From Antedon mediterranea (Eukaryota; Animalia; Echinodermata): DNA of 64,000 nt. Where the stretch lies: contig NC_092674.1 in NCBI RefSeq assembly GCF_964355755.1, positions 7,874,001 to 7,938,000 of the forward strand. The letters are read 5' to 3'. Within the stretch, counting starts at the first letter, position 1; every line of letters starts with the position of its first letter. Below the pieces are notes generated by a model, which saw only the letters and a program-made list of their open reading frames with translations, had not been told where the DNA came from and did no database searches. Made by a program: the position numbers and the translations under genes. Below, piece by piece: positions 12,341 through 24,667 of this stretch.

Positions 12341-15300
12341 TCAATCAACTGTATTAACATAAACATGTTCCGGTGCAGGCTTGGTGTTTGCATAAACATG
12401 TTCACCAGATGAGGATTCAACAGCAGGTTTAATTCCTTCATACTCACTTTCTTCATATTTCTTAGATAGACTTTGATAATTTGTATCTATTGTGCATACA
12501 TTTTGTTGAACATCAAATTTAGCAGCGTGTTTTCCTGAATCTATACGTCTAAATCTAAAAGAGACCAAATGTATTTATATCAATCAATTAATAAAAAAAA
12601 AAAAAATGAAAAATAAATATTTCATCAATATCAAAAAACTTAAAACTTAACAGAAAAAGAACAAGATTAGTCGAGGCGAAGGTAAAGGCTCAAGGCAAGT
12701 GTCTTACGGTTTTTTAGATTGAGCCTTTACTTTCGCCTCGAGTAATCTCAATCTTTTTAGTCGCGTGGAAGCGACTCTATAGTTCACTATGTCGGTCGGT
12801 CGGTCGGTCTGTCTGTCGGTCTGTCGGTCTTTCGGTCTGTCGGTCTGTTGGTCCGGTATCAATATGCGTTTTATCGCTTTCTGACCTTATCTTGATATCA
12901 GTTTAATCTAACTAAGTCAGTATATTCCTTATGGCCAGGAATCGATGTTGTTATGTTTTCACGGTGCGCAATAAAAAATTACGCAATAAAAAATTACGTG
13001 GTCTACGCACGATTTAACGAAATCACGTTTGTAATCATATCTTCACAACCATGAATCACAATTAAATAAAATGTGGTACTCATAAATTTCAGGGCATAAA
13101 TCATCATATGGCAATACAATTACATGCGTAGCGCATGTAACGCATGCGTACGCGCGCTTAAAATTTTCAAAATTTATTTTCGATGAAATAAGAGTACGTT
13201 TCAGTCAATTTTAAGCGTTTACAAAATTGCCATGAGTGCGCAGATTTTTACGCGCGCACTGCGCGTTAATTGTTATTGCGCACTCTTTTTGCCCGATGTC
13301 TGTTTTCTTGACTTACTTTTCAACTCGAAACTACGTTATACGAGCTCGTCAAAAGTGACAGGCTACGCACGTGTAAATTAAAAAATATAACTGTTTTTAA
13401 ACATTTCAACATTTTTAAACATGTTCAGTCATTTCGGTCAGTTGGTAGGTTGGTCGGTCGGTCGGTAAACACTAAGCACGCGACTGCAGCCATCTATATG
13501 GCCTTGTTCTGTTAAGTTTTAAGTTTTGTGATATGGATGAAATATCAAGCATAGTAACAGTTTCAGTGTGTGATACTATATGGATGAAATATCAAGCATA
13601 GTAACAGTTTCAGTGTGTGATACTATATGGATGAAATATCAAGCATAGTAACAGTTTCAGTGTGTGATACTATATGGATGAAATATCAAGCATAGTAACA
13701 GTTTCAGTGTGTGATACTATATGGATGAAATATCAAGCATAGTAACAGTTTCAGTGTGTGATACTATATGGATGAAATATCAAGCATAGTAACAGTTTCA
13801 GTGTGTGATACTATATGGATGAAATATCAAGCATAGTAACAGTTTCAGTGTGTGATACTATATGGATGAAATATCAAGCATAGTAACAGTTTCAGTGTGT
13901 GATACTATATGGATGAAATATCAAGCATAGTAACAGTTTCAGTGTGTGATACTATATGGATGAAATATCAAGCATAGTAACAGTTTCAGTGTGTGATACT
14001 ATATGGATGAAATATCAAGCATAGTAACAGTTTCAGTGTGTGATACTATATGGATGAAATATCAAGCATAGTAACAGTTTCAGTGTGTGATACTATATGG
14101 ATGAAATATCAAGCATAGTAACAGTTTCAGTGTGTGATACTATATGGATGAAATATCAAGCATAGTAACAGTTTCAGTGTGTGATACTATATGGATGAAA
14201 TATCAAGCATAGTAACAGTTTCAGTGTGTGATACTATATGGATGAAATATCAAGCATAGTAACAGTTTCAGTGTGTGATACTATACCGTTTATACATCAT
14301 CACGATGACAGCAACTGTGATAACTGCCGCGATTAGTGAGCCAATTACAACACCTATGATGTAACCTGGAAAATATAAAAGGACAAATTTTCTTGTTTTA
14401 TTTACATTACTGGTACTGAATCTAATAAGAATTCCAAACAATGAACTATGTGATACACACCTAGCTTCTTTTGGTCACAATTTGATCCAAAAATGAATTT
14501 ATTTGTGTCAGATGTCCCATTAACGTTTAAAAATGATGCCAATACTGTGAATGTATATTCTGTACATGACTCAATTCCTTCACCAAACAAAACTTGAGTT
14601 TCTGTAGTATTTCCTTGCTGAAATATTCCACCTGACAGTTCATAATGGTAGGTCACCTGATAGTCTGGAATGTCACATGTAGAAGCGTTCCATTTCATCA
14701 GTATATGTGTTCCATTTGTGAATGGATTGCTTTTTATCGATGGCTCTATTATTGTAACATAGAATATTAAACAGATTTATAATAAATGAATTATACTATA
14801 CATTAAGAATTGTTTCAATTGGTCGATATAATCTTTTACCCATTTTTTATATATAAACTTTACACTAAATGACTAACTAGGCCTAAATGTTAGTAAAATA
14901 CACTCAAACATTTAATGACTTAAGCATACCTGATGGTGCTGTTTGGATCAATATGTCCTCTCCCCAATTTCCAGCAATATCTATGTTATTAACAACTCGA
15001 GCATTTACGACATAAGCAGTACAACTTGATAATCCTGATAGTTGAACTTCTAATTGAGAACTGTTTGTTGTGTTGACTACATCTTGTATATTTCCATCTA
15101 TGCCCGAGTATTGCACTTGATATCGAAGGATGTAGTTACACTGGATTGTATCATAATCACTAGATACAGGCTGAAATACAGAAAAAAGACAAATACCGTT
15201 ATTTGAATCTGATACTGGTAACCAATTTCTGCAGTTTGATAATATGTTATATTGTAAGGACAAACAATTAGAGAATACTTTACAACTTTACTTGCTTGAA

Positions 15301-18300
15301 CTTACTTAGTTCATTTACAAATACCAATAACGTAATGTATACGGTATTTACATTCACTACTTAAATTAGACTTTCTAGTAGGCCTCTAGTTCCTTAATAA
15401 TTAATTTGTTGATTGTGGAACTTACGATAATGAAGAACAAACAAGAACAATAAAAACATCTCTAGTGTACCTTGAAACTCACTATCACCTGATTATCTCC
15501 AATGGTTTTTAATTCCATCTCAGGTTCTTCTGAAGGCTCTATTTCATAATATGTAACACAACGGATTAGAACTGACATACAAAATACAACGTGGTGTGCT
15601 ATGGTAGATATCATAATAATTTTTTTAACAACAAAGAATACTACTACTACTACTACTACTGCGTCGAGCTTGCTCGGATCAAAGAATAAATAAAGTAATA
15701 TCTAATATATTCCAACAAAAAATTAGCATACTGTAAAACAAGTAAAAATTAATAATCTGTGAATGATAAAATCCTTAAAACAAATGTTGGCAATCTTTTA
15801 ATTCTAGAATTAATAAATAGATCTATAGATACTAGATTTATAAAATCAGTTGACGCGTTGCTGATTACATGGCTTGGCAGTTTGTTAACTGATTATCTGT
15901 AATGTTAGATCTTGCCTGAACATATTGTGTTGGTTGATCCAAGTGTACTTCTTGGTCCATCTACCTCAATACCACCAACCATCCTCAAAAACTGAGAGTA
16001 GAATTGAACTTGCGTAATTGGGATGAGTTTGTCAATGACAATACATAAATCATTATATGATTCAGTTATTGATATAAATGAATCCATCTCCGATGATTTA
16101 TACGAAAGTTTCCGTTTTGTAATTGTTCCTGTTCCAAAGTCTTCACCAAGAATCCAAGTGACGTCAAATGTTATACTTGTTGCTGTCTGATTTACAACAG
16201 TTGGTGGTTTAAAGTTGTATGGTAATGCTATTTATGAAAATAGAAAACACACTGAACTATTAAAACAGAATACATGTAGGCCTATGTGTTGTTCTGCCGT
16301 ATAAACTTTACTAAATCATCTGCATATCTAATTAGATGGTTTTACTCGCATTATAGTCGGATGTATAGAGACTATAATGACTTCAGAGATATAGATAATA
16401 TATGGGCAAGGCAATTGAGAATAATTGATAGAGAAACATACGATAAATGTTCATGTGGAGCAATTTGTCGATAAGCAAGTGTAACTATGATTATGACTAT
16501 CAATTTGTTTGTGTGTGCATCATAATGTTTGTGCAAATTAATTAATTATTCTCTTTATGTGTATATAATCAGGTTTTAAATGTTTTTTTTATATTTACAT
16601 AATTGACTATTGTGTAGTTTTTGTAGGGCTGTGGATACTCGCATGTTGCGCATTGTTGCTTTCGCAACCTCTATTTTTGACCGATTGTGTCGATAAAATA
16701 AATGGAATGAATAAATAAAACTGTAAAACATGGAAACATTTGATGATCCTAGTTGCCTATTGTGAATTTTCTAAATGAGAAATCAAATTAACTGCATCTT
16801 CAGTTATACAATGTGGTACTACAGAGAAAAGTCAAGATGTATGTATGTATGTGTATGTATTTAATTAATTAACTTTCATGACAAAATATGTAACTAATAA
16901 TCCAATCCCTCTCTCTCTCCCGATAATTCTTCAGGCTACTTTGAATAGCTGAACGTATATGACATATAGTTTAATTTCGTGTAGTTACCTATGCTGCAGT
17001 TTGGTCCAGCCCAAGCTTCGTGGCATCCATTATCGCAACCTCCATCTCGATTACAATCTGCCGAAGCTTTGCAGTGACACGGGAAATTACACAAATCACC
17101 AAAGAATCCAGACGGACAGAACATGGCCACTATACACAAAGCGGAGATATGTGTGTTACAAAAGTAAGTGAGATTTGCACAAAAGCAGGCACCGTATACA
17201 CACAGAACACAAGAAAAAGAGCCAACAACAATCAGCACAAAATAATTATAAAGCGTCTTGCATTGAATTTTAATTAAATTCGATTTATATTTGCGTGCGA
17301 TACACAGTGTTAATGTGAAGTATAGTCTATAACTAGTTGATAAATCTGATATTGCTAGCTGTCATCAGGCCCGGGCATCAGGCTTGGATTGTCACTCATT
17401 GTCATCATGAGGTTGTGAGTTGAAGTCCGTCTCTCGTAATTACTACAAAAACAAGATTACATTTAAACATAATATTGAGGTAGATATACGCAGGTTTTTG
17501 ACATACAGTACCTTGACAAGTATCACCAGTGTATCCAGACGAACAGACTGATCCGAGAGAACATCCCGTGTGTTTATCACAATAACTGTAGTCACAATGA
17601 CATTCTTGGCGACAATCAGCTCCATAGTATCCAGCTGCACACACTATAAAATTAAGTATATTTTATCACATATACCTGTATTATCATTAATAATATTACA
17701 ATTATTACTAATTATAATAGTAGGCCTACAGTACTGAACTATCATTTATTAACCTTTATTACAATCGTTTCCTCCAAAACCATTGATGCATGCACACCCA
17801 ACTGGATCAGGTGGACATAAAACAGTTCCTCTACAATCCCCAACAGAAGAAGAACACACAACGTTGCAGTCACGACCCCAATCGTTATTTCCACAACCTA
17901 TCCAAAATGAAATACTGTTTTACTTAATGTTTCTTTATTTTATTTACACCACCACCAACATGAACAATGTTTATTTATTACCGTGTGCACAAGTGTCGCC
18001 GTCGAATCCTGCTGGACAAATACACACACCCGTCTCATCGTCACACGCTCCGCCATTATAACATACGGGACATTCCATTTCACAGTCTGGAGGATTCCAT
18101 TTTGGTAAAGGACAAGCTAATAGATTTTTATTAAAATAAATACATGCAATTTTATAAATCTTGATATCAATTATAGAACAGAAAGTAAATTTATATTCGG
18201 AAAATTTCAGGCAGTTTAGAGTAAATAGGCTTAATGTTAATCTTTTCCCTTTAAAGTAATGGTTTAAATGAAAGAAATATAAACTAATATTAAATATCCA

Positions 18301-19910
18301 TACCAGAAAAAAAAACAATTTTAGTATCTGTATACTTATTTCTTTTCTCGCACGCCTATTTTATCAACAGAATAGGAATTCATTATTGGATCCAGATGAA
18401 ATTATTTCAAAATATAAACTTTTGGAAACACAAACAAGTTATTTGCCAAGGAAACCTTTAAACAACATTGTACAGTAATCAAATATTTGTGGTGGTTTGA
18501 CGTGTTAGGCCTACACTTTTTACAGATTTTTTTTGTATTATTCATTTGTAATGTAATAACACTTACCTCTAACAATCAACCTCATGACACCATGGTTACC
18601 ATCCGGGCTATCACCTGTATAACATTCATATACGCCATCATCTTTTCTTCGTATGTTTTCAATCACAGCAGACGTATTACCCCTCATATTGTATATTTCT
18701 TCACCGTAATTATGTCTCCAGCGTAAATCGGTAAGATTACCACCTTTACTGAGATTGATAGTGACAGACTCTCCTATACCGACTGTTATCGTTCTGTGCT
18801 CCATTTCAACATTGGCTGTAAAATTATACCAGTATGAACTAATAGTAGGCCTATATTTTTTAGTTTCTATTTAACCACCATGGAATTATAACATTTTCTA
18901 ATTTTATAGCTCTATGATTTAAAATCTTAAATTCATAATGTTATAATATCTTTATGAAGACACAAATAAGGATACCATGCCATTACTCACCAGAAACGGA
19001 TGTCAGTACAATTGCTGAGTTGGTGACTTCACCATTTTTCTTAGCTTCGAATGAAAAGACACCAACTCTGTCTGCAGCCCGTAAGCTACTAACGCCTAGA
19101 TACGTAAAATATGAATTGTGTAATCGGTATATAACTACACTTTCGGTGGGAAATATTTTACCGTCTGGCATATCCTTTGTCCTCGGTCTAGAGGAACCGT
19201 TATAATTACCAGTATCAGCCCAGGTCACGTTATTTTTGCCATCAACATTCTTGTATAATATTCCAACTGATAAATCTCTAATGTCTCTGTCGTCCTTAAG
19301 TGCGTATCCACTAAACCAACCAATACTATTATCGTCAACTAGTGGCGATCTAGAACTAATTGTTATATCTAATGGATCTATAAAAAATAAGATTGTATTA
19401 ATGTATTTATTTAAATTTCACGAGGCAGATACAGAATGTCCGTACATACATACATACATACATACATACATACATACATACATACATGGCATTCAATTTA
19501 CGCGGAGTTAAATTAATTATGTAGGTCAAAAAGTAGAACATTTGCCTCGAAAAGTGTCTAATAGCAATTTATTCTCGGCTTATGACATTCGTTCACGGTA
19601 CTGAAAGAGCGTAATTTATGATTTGGTTTGGATGTCTATTTCCTGCTATTTAAGAGCATAGTAGTTCTGCTTTAGGCTTTTCAGTTGGTTTGTGACATTA
19701 TGAAAGAATGTTAACAGTCCTTATTACTACCGACATATATCTTTATATGAATTCATGATAAAATAATTAATGAAACACTATAATAGGTTATCTAAATCTT
19801 GTGATATTATTTTAACCGTTTAGCTTACCTGTAGATTCTAATGGACAACCAAAATAGATAATTGCTACAACCAGATGGCACACATTTGACGTATATTTAA
19901 CGAAAATCAT
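12341..19910 (-). CDS. Tie-like kinase-less ITAM receptor (copy B), 13 exons, 822 aa
   Basis: Exons 19910-19829, 19377-18991, 18815-18567, 18116-17982, 17897-17754, 17643-17512, 17129-16989, 16227-15916 (GC donor), 15538-15471, 15170-14930, 14745-14461, 14365-14287 (TM GYIIGVVIGSLIAAVITVAVIVMMYKR), 12554-12341. Same phases as copy A; 2469 nt, open frame. Tail ends ...DTNYQSLSKKYEESEYEGI...HVYAN...HVYVNTVD*. Confidence 0.9.
12754..13508 (+). mobile_element. HINE/DINE-1-like element in the last intron of copy B
   Basis: Starts TTTTTAGTCGCGTGGAAGCGACTCTA, contains a (GTCG/GTCT)n microsatellite at 12791-12855, and ends CACGCGACTGCAGCC...GGCCTTGTT. Confidence 0.6.
13531..14282. repeat. Perfect minisatellite, 16 x 47 bp
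   Basis: Unit ATATGGATGAAATATCAAGCATAGTAACAGTTTCAGTGTGTGATACT; 752 bp equals 16 identical copies. It abuts the donor of copy B's TM exon. Confidence 0.95.
19443..19486. repeat. (TACA)n microsatellite
   Basis: Seen directly in the sequence. Confidence 0.9.
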
Positions 19911-20664
19911 TTCAATGTTCACCTTCTATGTTCACTTATGTCTAAAAAGACCAGTATAGTGTAGCAGTCCTAGACTTATTCCTTGTATACTCAATCTAAC
20001 TTTGACATTATATTATTTTACAAGAATTATTACTCAAATGAAACTGAAAGAAAAATTAATGGTTAAAAGAACACGTTTCGACAATAAACGTTTTGTCTTA
20101 TTAGTCAATGAAATTAAAACATGGTATCGCATGGACATGTACTTGTTTATTTATAGACATCTGTTTAGTGGTGCCAATTATTTATACATAATTGAACTAT
20201 AATAACGTAATTGTAAACTTAAATGACTAGTAAGCAAAGAAAACCGTAGAGTACGGTTGCAAATAAGGCCAAACAAAGCAATGTTTCAATACCTTTACCT
20301 ATATATTTAAACTAATTTTAATTGTTAGCAATACCCGGTAGCTGCGTAAGTCGTAATTTTTATTTGAAAGCGGTAATGACATAGCGGCTTGACTAAATTA
20401 AACAATAATACATATTATTGTTTACAAGCGGGATCAGCAAATAAATAGTCTAGTTTGCGTGTTGAGAATAATATAAAAACCAAAGTGTCGATCCGTGTTT
20501 TAAAGTATAGTTTTAAAGATGTAGCCTATTGTCCCAAAAATATGAAAAATAAAGATTAATAAAATCAGACTTTAAATAGGCCATTTTGCAGTTTTAATAA
20601 AGCTGTTCACTTCTGTAAAAAAAATAAACGAAAACAAAATTATTTCACTTATAAAAAGACAAAA

Positions 20665-21245
20665 GACTATAATGTACTCTGTATATTATTTCACTTGTGG
20701 GAGTAAATATTTTATCGTTTAGCATAGGCTTATTTTGAAAATCTGTATAAATAGTATTACCACCCGTATGCCCAGTGTCATTCCAAGTCACGTTATCTTT
20801 CTCTTCGATTTTCTTGTACATTATTCCAACTGATAAATCTCGAATGTTTTTGTCGCCTCAAAGTATGTATCCAGCAAACCAACTACCACTAGGCGTCGTT
20901 AGTGGTGTCGTAGAAAATAATGTTATATCTAATGGATCTGCAAATGGATAGTAAGTGATTCATTTTCAATTATAAACTTTCAACAAACTTTAGTTAAACC
21001 TAAAAGAGATTTAAAACTGAAAAGAGAGGAACAAGAAATGCATTTGATTAAAATTTCCATTCTGAAAGTAGGCTACATTGTTAGTTCACTTTATTTCCAT
21101 TGTCACTCTTTGTGTCTGATAAAACTGGCTAAACAAATTCGCAAGCTTTAAATATATTACTCCTACTCTGTATCGTTCGACAACCAAAACTGAGAACTGC
21201 TAAAACCAGATAAAGAATATTTAACAAATAGTTTACGGAAAACAT
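20665..21245 (-). pseudogene. 5' relic of a fourth Tie-like paralogue (signal exon plus disrupted Ig1 exon)
   Basis: ATG at 21245 gives MFSVNYLLNILYLVLAVLSFGCRTIQ. After an acceptor near 20938 the sequence reads DPLDITLFSTTPLTTPSGSWFAGYIL*GDKNIRDLSVGIMYK...NVTWNDTG...NDKIFTPTSEIIYRVH with an in-frame TGA. No downstream exons before copy B's first exon. Confidence 0.75.
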
Positions 21246-23532
21246 GATTTTGAATGAGAATGTAGAATAATGATACAACCCAGAAAGCACTACCATTATA
21301 AGTTCTTTATGATGAATATCACTATAAATAACCGTTATTTACCTTGTGTCGCTGTGTCAGACAATGGTTACATTGTAGGACATTGTGATCTGGCACTTAA
21401 CAAATAATAGTAGCATGTATATACATACAGAAAATGTATTGCAATTAAAACTGGATGGACACGCAAGCAACGTATACAAAGATGGTGGAATAGCGCAGAT
21501 GTCTGAATAATTATAACTTTTTTATTTGCTTTCCTTTATTTTTTTGCTGAAATTGTTTATATATTACTGTCAGTGGTATCGTGCAAATAATTGCTGCTAA
21601 GCTAATCACAAATCAGAACATTGTATCGTATTATCTTACATGCTCATACGACATGTTGAATACTACTGTGGCGGCGCTATTTACACTATTATTTATGGCG
21701 CAAGTTATTGGTATTGATCACTAGAATGAAGTAATGTATAAATAGCATAAAGACGGAGAACAAATTGGTAGGGATATGTGTTGTAAATAAAGTACGAATA
21801 AATTTAGCTGATTGTCGTTATTGTGTACGCTTACTTGTCAGAAGTTTATAGACCGACATTCTACTACTACATACGTCGAGGTATTGATTTGTACATACAA
21901 GGTTAAGGTGAAACCCAATTCATAGAAAATAATTAAATATATATATATCGGTATCTTTATTTCAATAAAAAACATCAGAAGTACAATATAAAAAATAAAA
22001 AATAAATTAAATGAAAAAAGTTGAATTAGGGTACTTATTTACAATTTTTTATATTATAAAAAATATATAAAAAGCGTACATAAACAAGAAATATTTCTTA
22101 CAAAAAACGCCGCTCGACATTTTTAAATTAATCATTGTTCTTTTGATTAATTTATGAGAATTATTAAAAAGATGTCCTTTAATCGCATACAAATCACAGA
22201 TAGTTCTTTAATTATGAATCACATGCCCATTTTTTCACTAATTACTTGTATACACAGCATTTGAAAGAAGATATGTGTACCTTTCCAAAAATGTATTATT
22301 TGCCAACAAATATTATTCTACTAATTAAAAAATGGCATTTAAAAATGGTCAATTTTAAAATGTAATGTGCTGTAGCCTGTTTGTCTGTGACCTCAACCTG
22401 AACTGTAGGCATGCAACTGAATACCCTCTAGAGACAACGTGACTTCAAGTTGGTACAAGTGGAAATTCTTCTACAATCTGTTGATTCGCGTCAACCAATC
22501 AAAGGGCAAGAATCCAAAATCATTCAACCGTGAGCCCTCATAGACTCTTTTCCCAGAGGATTTTTGGGTCCAGCAGCTGGGACCTATAAATTATAGTCGA
22601 GTATGCATTTTAGCCAAAAACGTCAGTCTCTAGTACTATAAATGCTGCTTGCGTTCAGCTTATACATGAGTCATCTCTTGTGACGTAGCGGGCTAGAGCA
22701 GCAGCGTGAAAAATATTTCACGGAAAAAAAACAAGAAAAAAACAGAGCAAAAGGATTTCAAAGTGACTTAAAAAATAACTTGCCTCAGGAATGCGTGAGC
22801 CACCACACATTGAAGGCAGAGCAAGAACCAGGGCAATTCCCTCAACCACCCAGACAATGGTGTCCCAGCAACCTCCGGATGTCAAGAGTAAAATAAGTAA
22901 TTCAAAATGCTGTACTTAAAAACAAAATTGTCATTTAACTATTAATTATTATTTTTATTCTACTGCAATCTGTATTTACAAGCACAAAACACACACACTC
23001 ATAAAAGACAAACTGATTTTGTGTAGTGTAAAATATCACCCGATTCTGCTGCTCTACACAGGTGCTATCTGTAAAACTATAGCAAGTTATACACGTTGTT
23101 GTCTGCTATAATTGCTGTACTTTTAACACACGGTACACTGTCTGTAGCACATTGTCTGTTGACAATTTACAATGATGTACAACCATAGGCAGGTTTTCGT
23201 ACTGCCATGCAAGAATGGATAGGTGCTTTCCGCCGCTTTTAGGCCTTCTTGTCAATTATTGTTATTATTATACGAATACGTAATTAGTTTAGTAGCTCAT
23301 CTACCTTTTTAGCAGGGCATAATGAATATTGTAGCTAGGCTAGGCCTACTAGTCTAGCGGGAAATCAACCAATTATTTGGTTGGATACGAGTTTAGGGTA
23401 GGAAGTTAAGTACGAGTTGGCATGGGTACGAGTCGACCAGGGGTGAATCGACCAGGGTACACCCGGCCGCCCTACTAGAGCATAGGCTACAGGCCTGCAG
23501 GAATGGGAAATCTGTCCTAGCTATAGGCATAG

Positions 23533-24626
23533 GGGTGTCACGAAAGCTCAGACCACGAAAGCTCAGACCCCCTAAGACCTAAGATCACGAAAGCTAAGAC
23601 CCAACACCTAAGATTACAAATATTTATCTTTCGCACCTGCCTTGTATTTTAACTCCCAACATTTTTATTCTGAATACCACACCTTAGAATTGGCACTCTC
23701 ATGAAAAAGAATCACATAAAAAGTAACAAATACATTTTTAAATTGATGATTTTACAGACGTTTTTCTCGCACACAAAATGACTAGCCTACAGTACAGTAG
23801 GCCTACCCCATGGGCCATGTTCAATGTTTTTGTTTCTATGGAACGTCAAAAGAGCAAAAATTATATAGAGGGCTGAAAACTCTGTGGAGTCCATATCTAC
23901 AGTGTGGATGGAACAATGTAAAATTAAAATTGTTATGATAATAGTATAATCATGCAAGTACGAAGAAATAAATACTGGCAAATAAATTTTAATTTAAAAA
24001 TCATGATAAGTTTTTTTGTTTCGTTTTCTTTCTGTTTTTATACTTGTACTATTATTGTTGCTCTTTTGGCGCTCCATAGAAACAAAAACATTGAGCCTGG
24101 ATGGGGAGCTCGAGGAGTTACATTGTCATTACAGTATACAAAGAAACACATCTGTAAAATCATCAATTTAAAGGATTTATTTATTTGTTATTATGTGTTT
24201 CTCCTTCTGAAAGTACTTATAAGTCCTAATTTTAAAGTGTGGTGTTCAGGATAAAGTTAGTCAACAAATTTGGAGTCAAAATACAAGAAAGGCAGGTGCG
24301 TAAGAAAAACATCCTCTGAAGCAACACAATGGAGTAAATATATACCAACAAACAACCCGTCAAGTTTGTTTGTTGTAAAGAAAAAATATACATTTACTCA
24401 ACGGGCGAAAATAATGTGAGTTTATCTATGTTTTTCGGTAGTATTAAATTATATTTATGGTAATAAATGAAACCTACTGTGTTTAAAATTATGTATCGAT
24501 AAACAAGTATTGTTTTTAAGCTGTAGTATATCTTAGTATTTGTAATCTTAGGTGTTGGGTCTTAGCTTTCGTGATCTTAGGTCTTAGGGGGTCTGAGCTT
24601 TCGTGGTCTGAGCTTTCGTGACACCC
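23533..24626. mobile_element. Non-autonomous Mutator/MULE-type MITE
   Basis: About 90-bp TIRs GGGTGTCACGAAAGCTCAGACC... with internal subrepeats; 10-bp TSD ATAGGCATAG; empty site in the right arm (41463-41472). Confidence 0.85.
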
Positions 24627-24667
24627 ATAGGCATAGGCCTACATTGGGACGCCCAAAAAAGCCATCC

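Noticed and set aside
13531-14282. CRISPR-like array
   Set aside because: The units are identical head-to-tail with no unique spacers, in an intronic eukaryotic context.
21900-23000. GC-richer segment with CCAAT/TATA-like words after TTAAGG
   Set aside because: May be a DNA-transposon relic or promoter, but no matching terminus or ORF was found.
23952-24254. 100-aa hydrophobic ORF in the MITE
   Set aside because: Frameshifted in the second copy (40627-40836); likely a chance AT-rich ORF.
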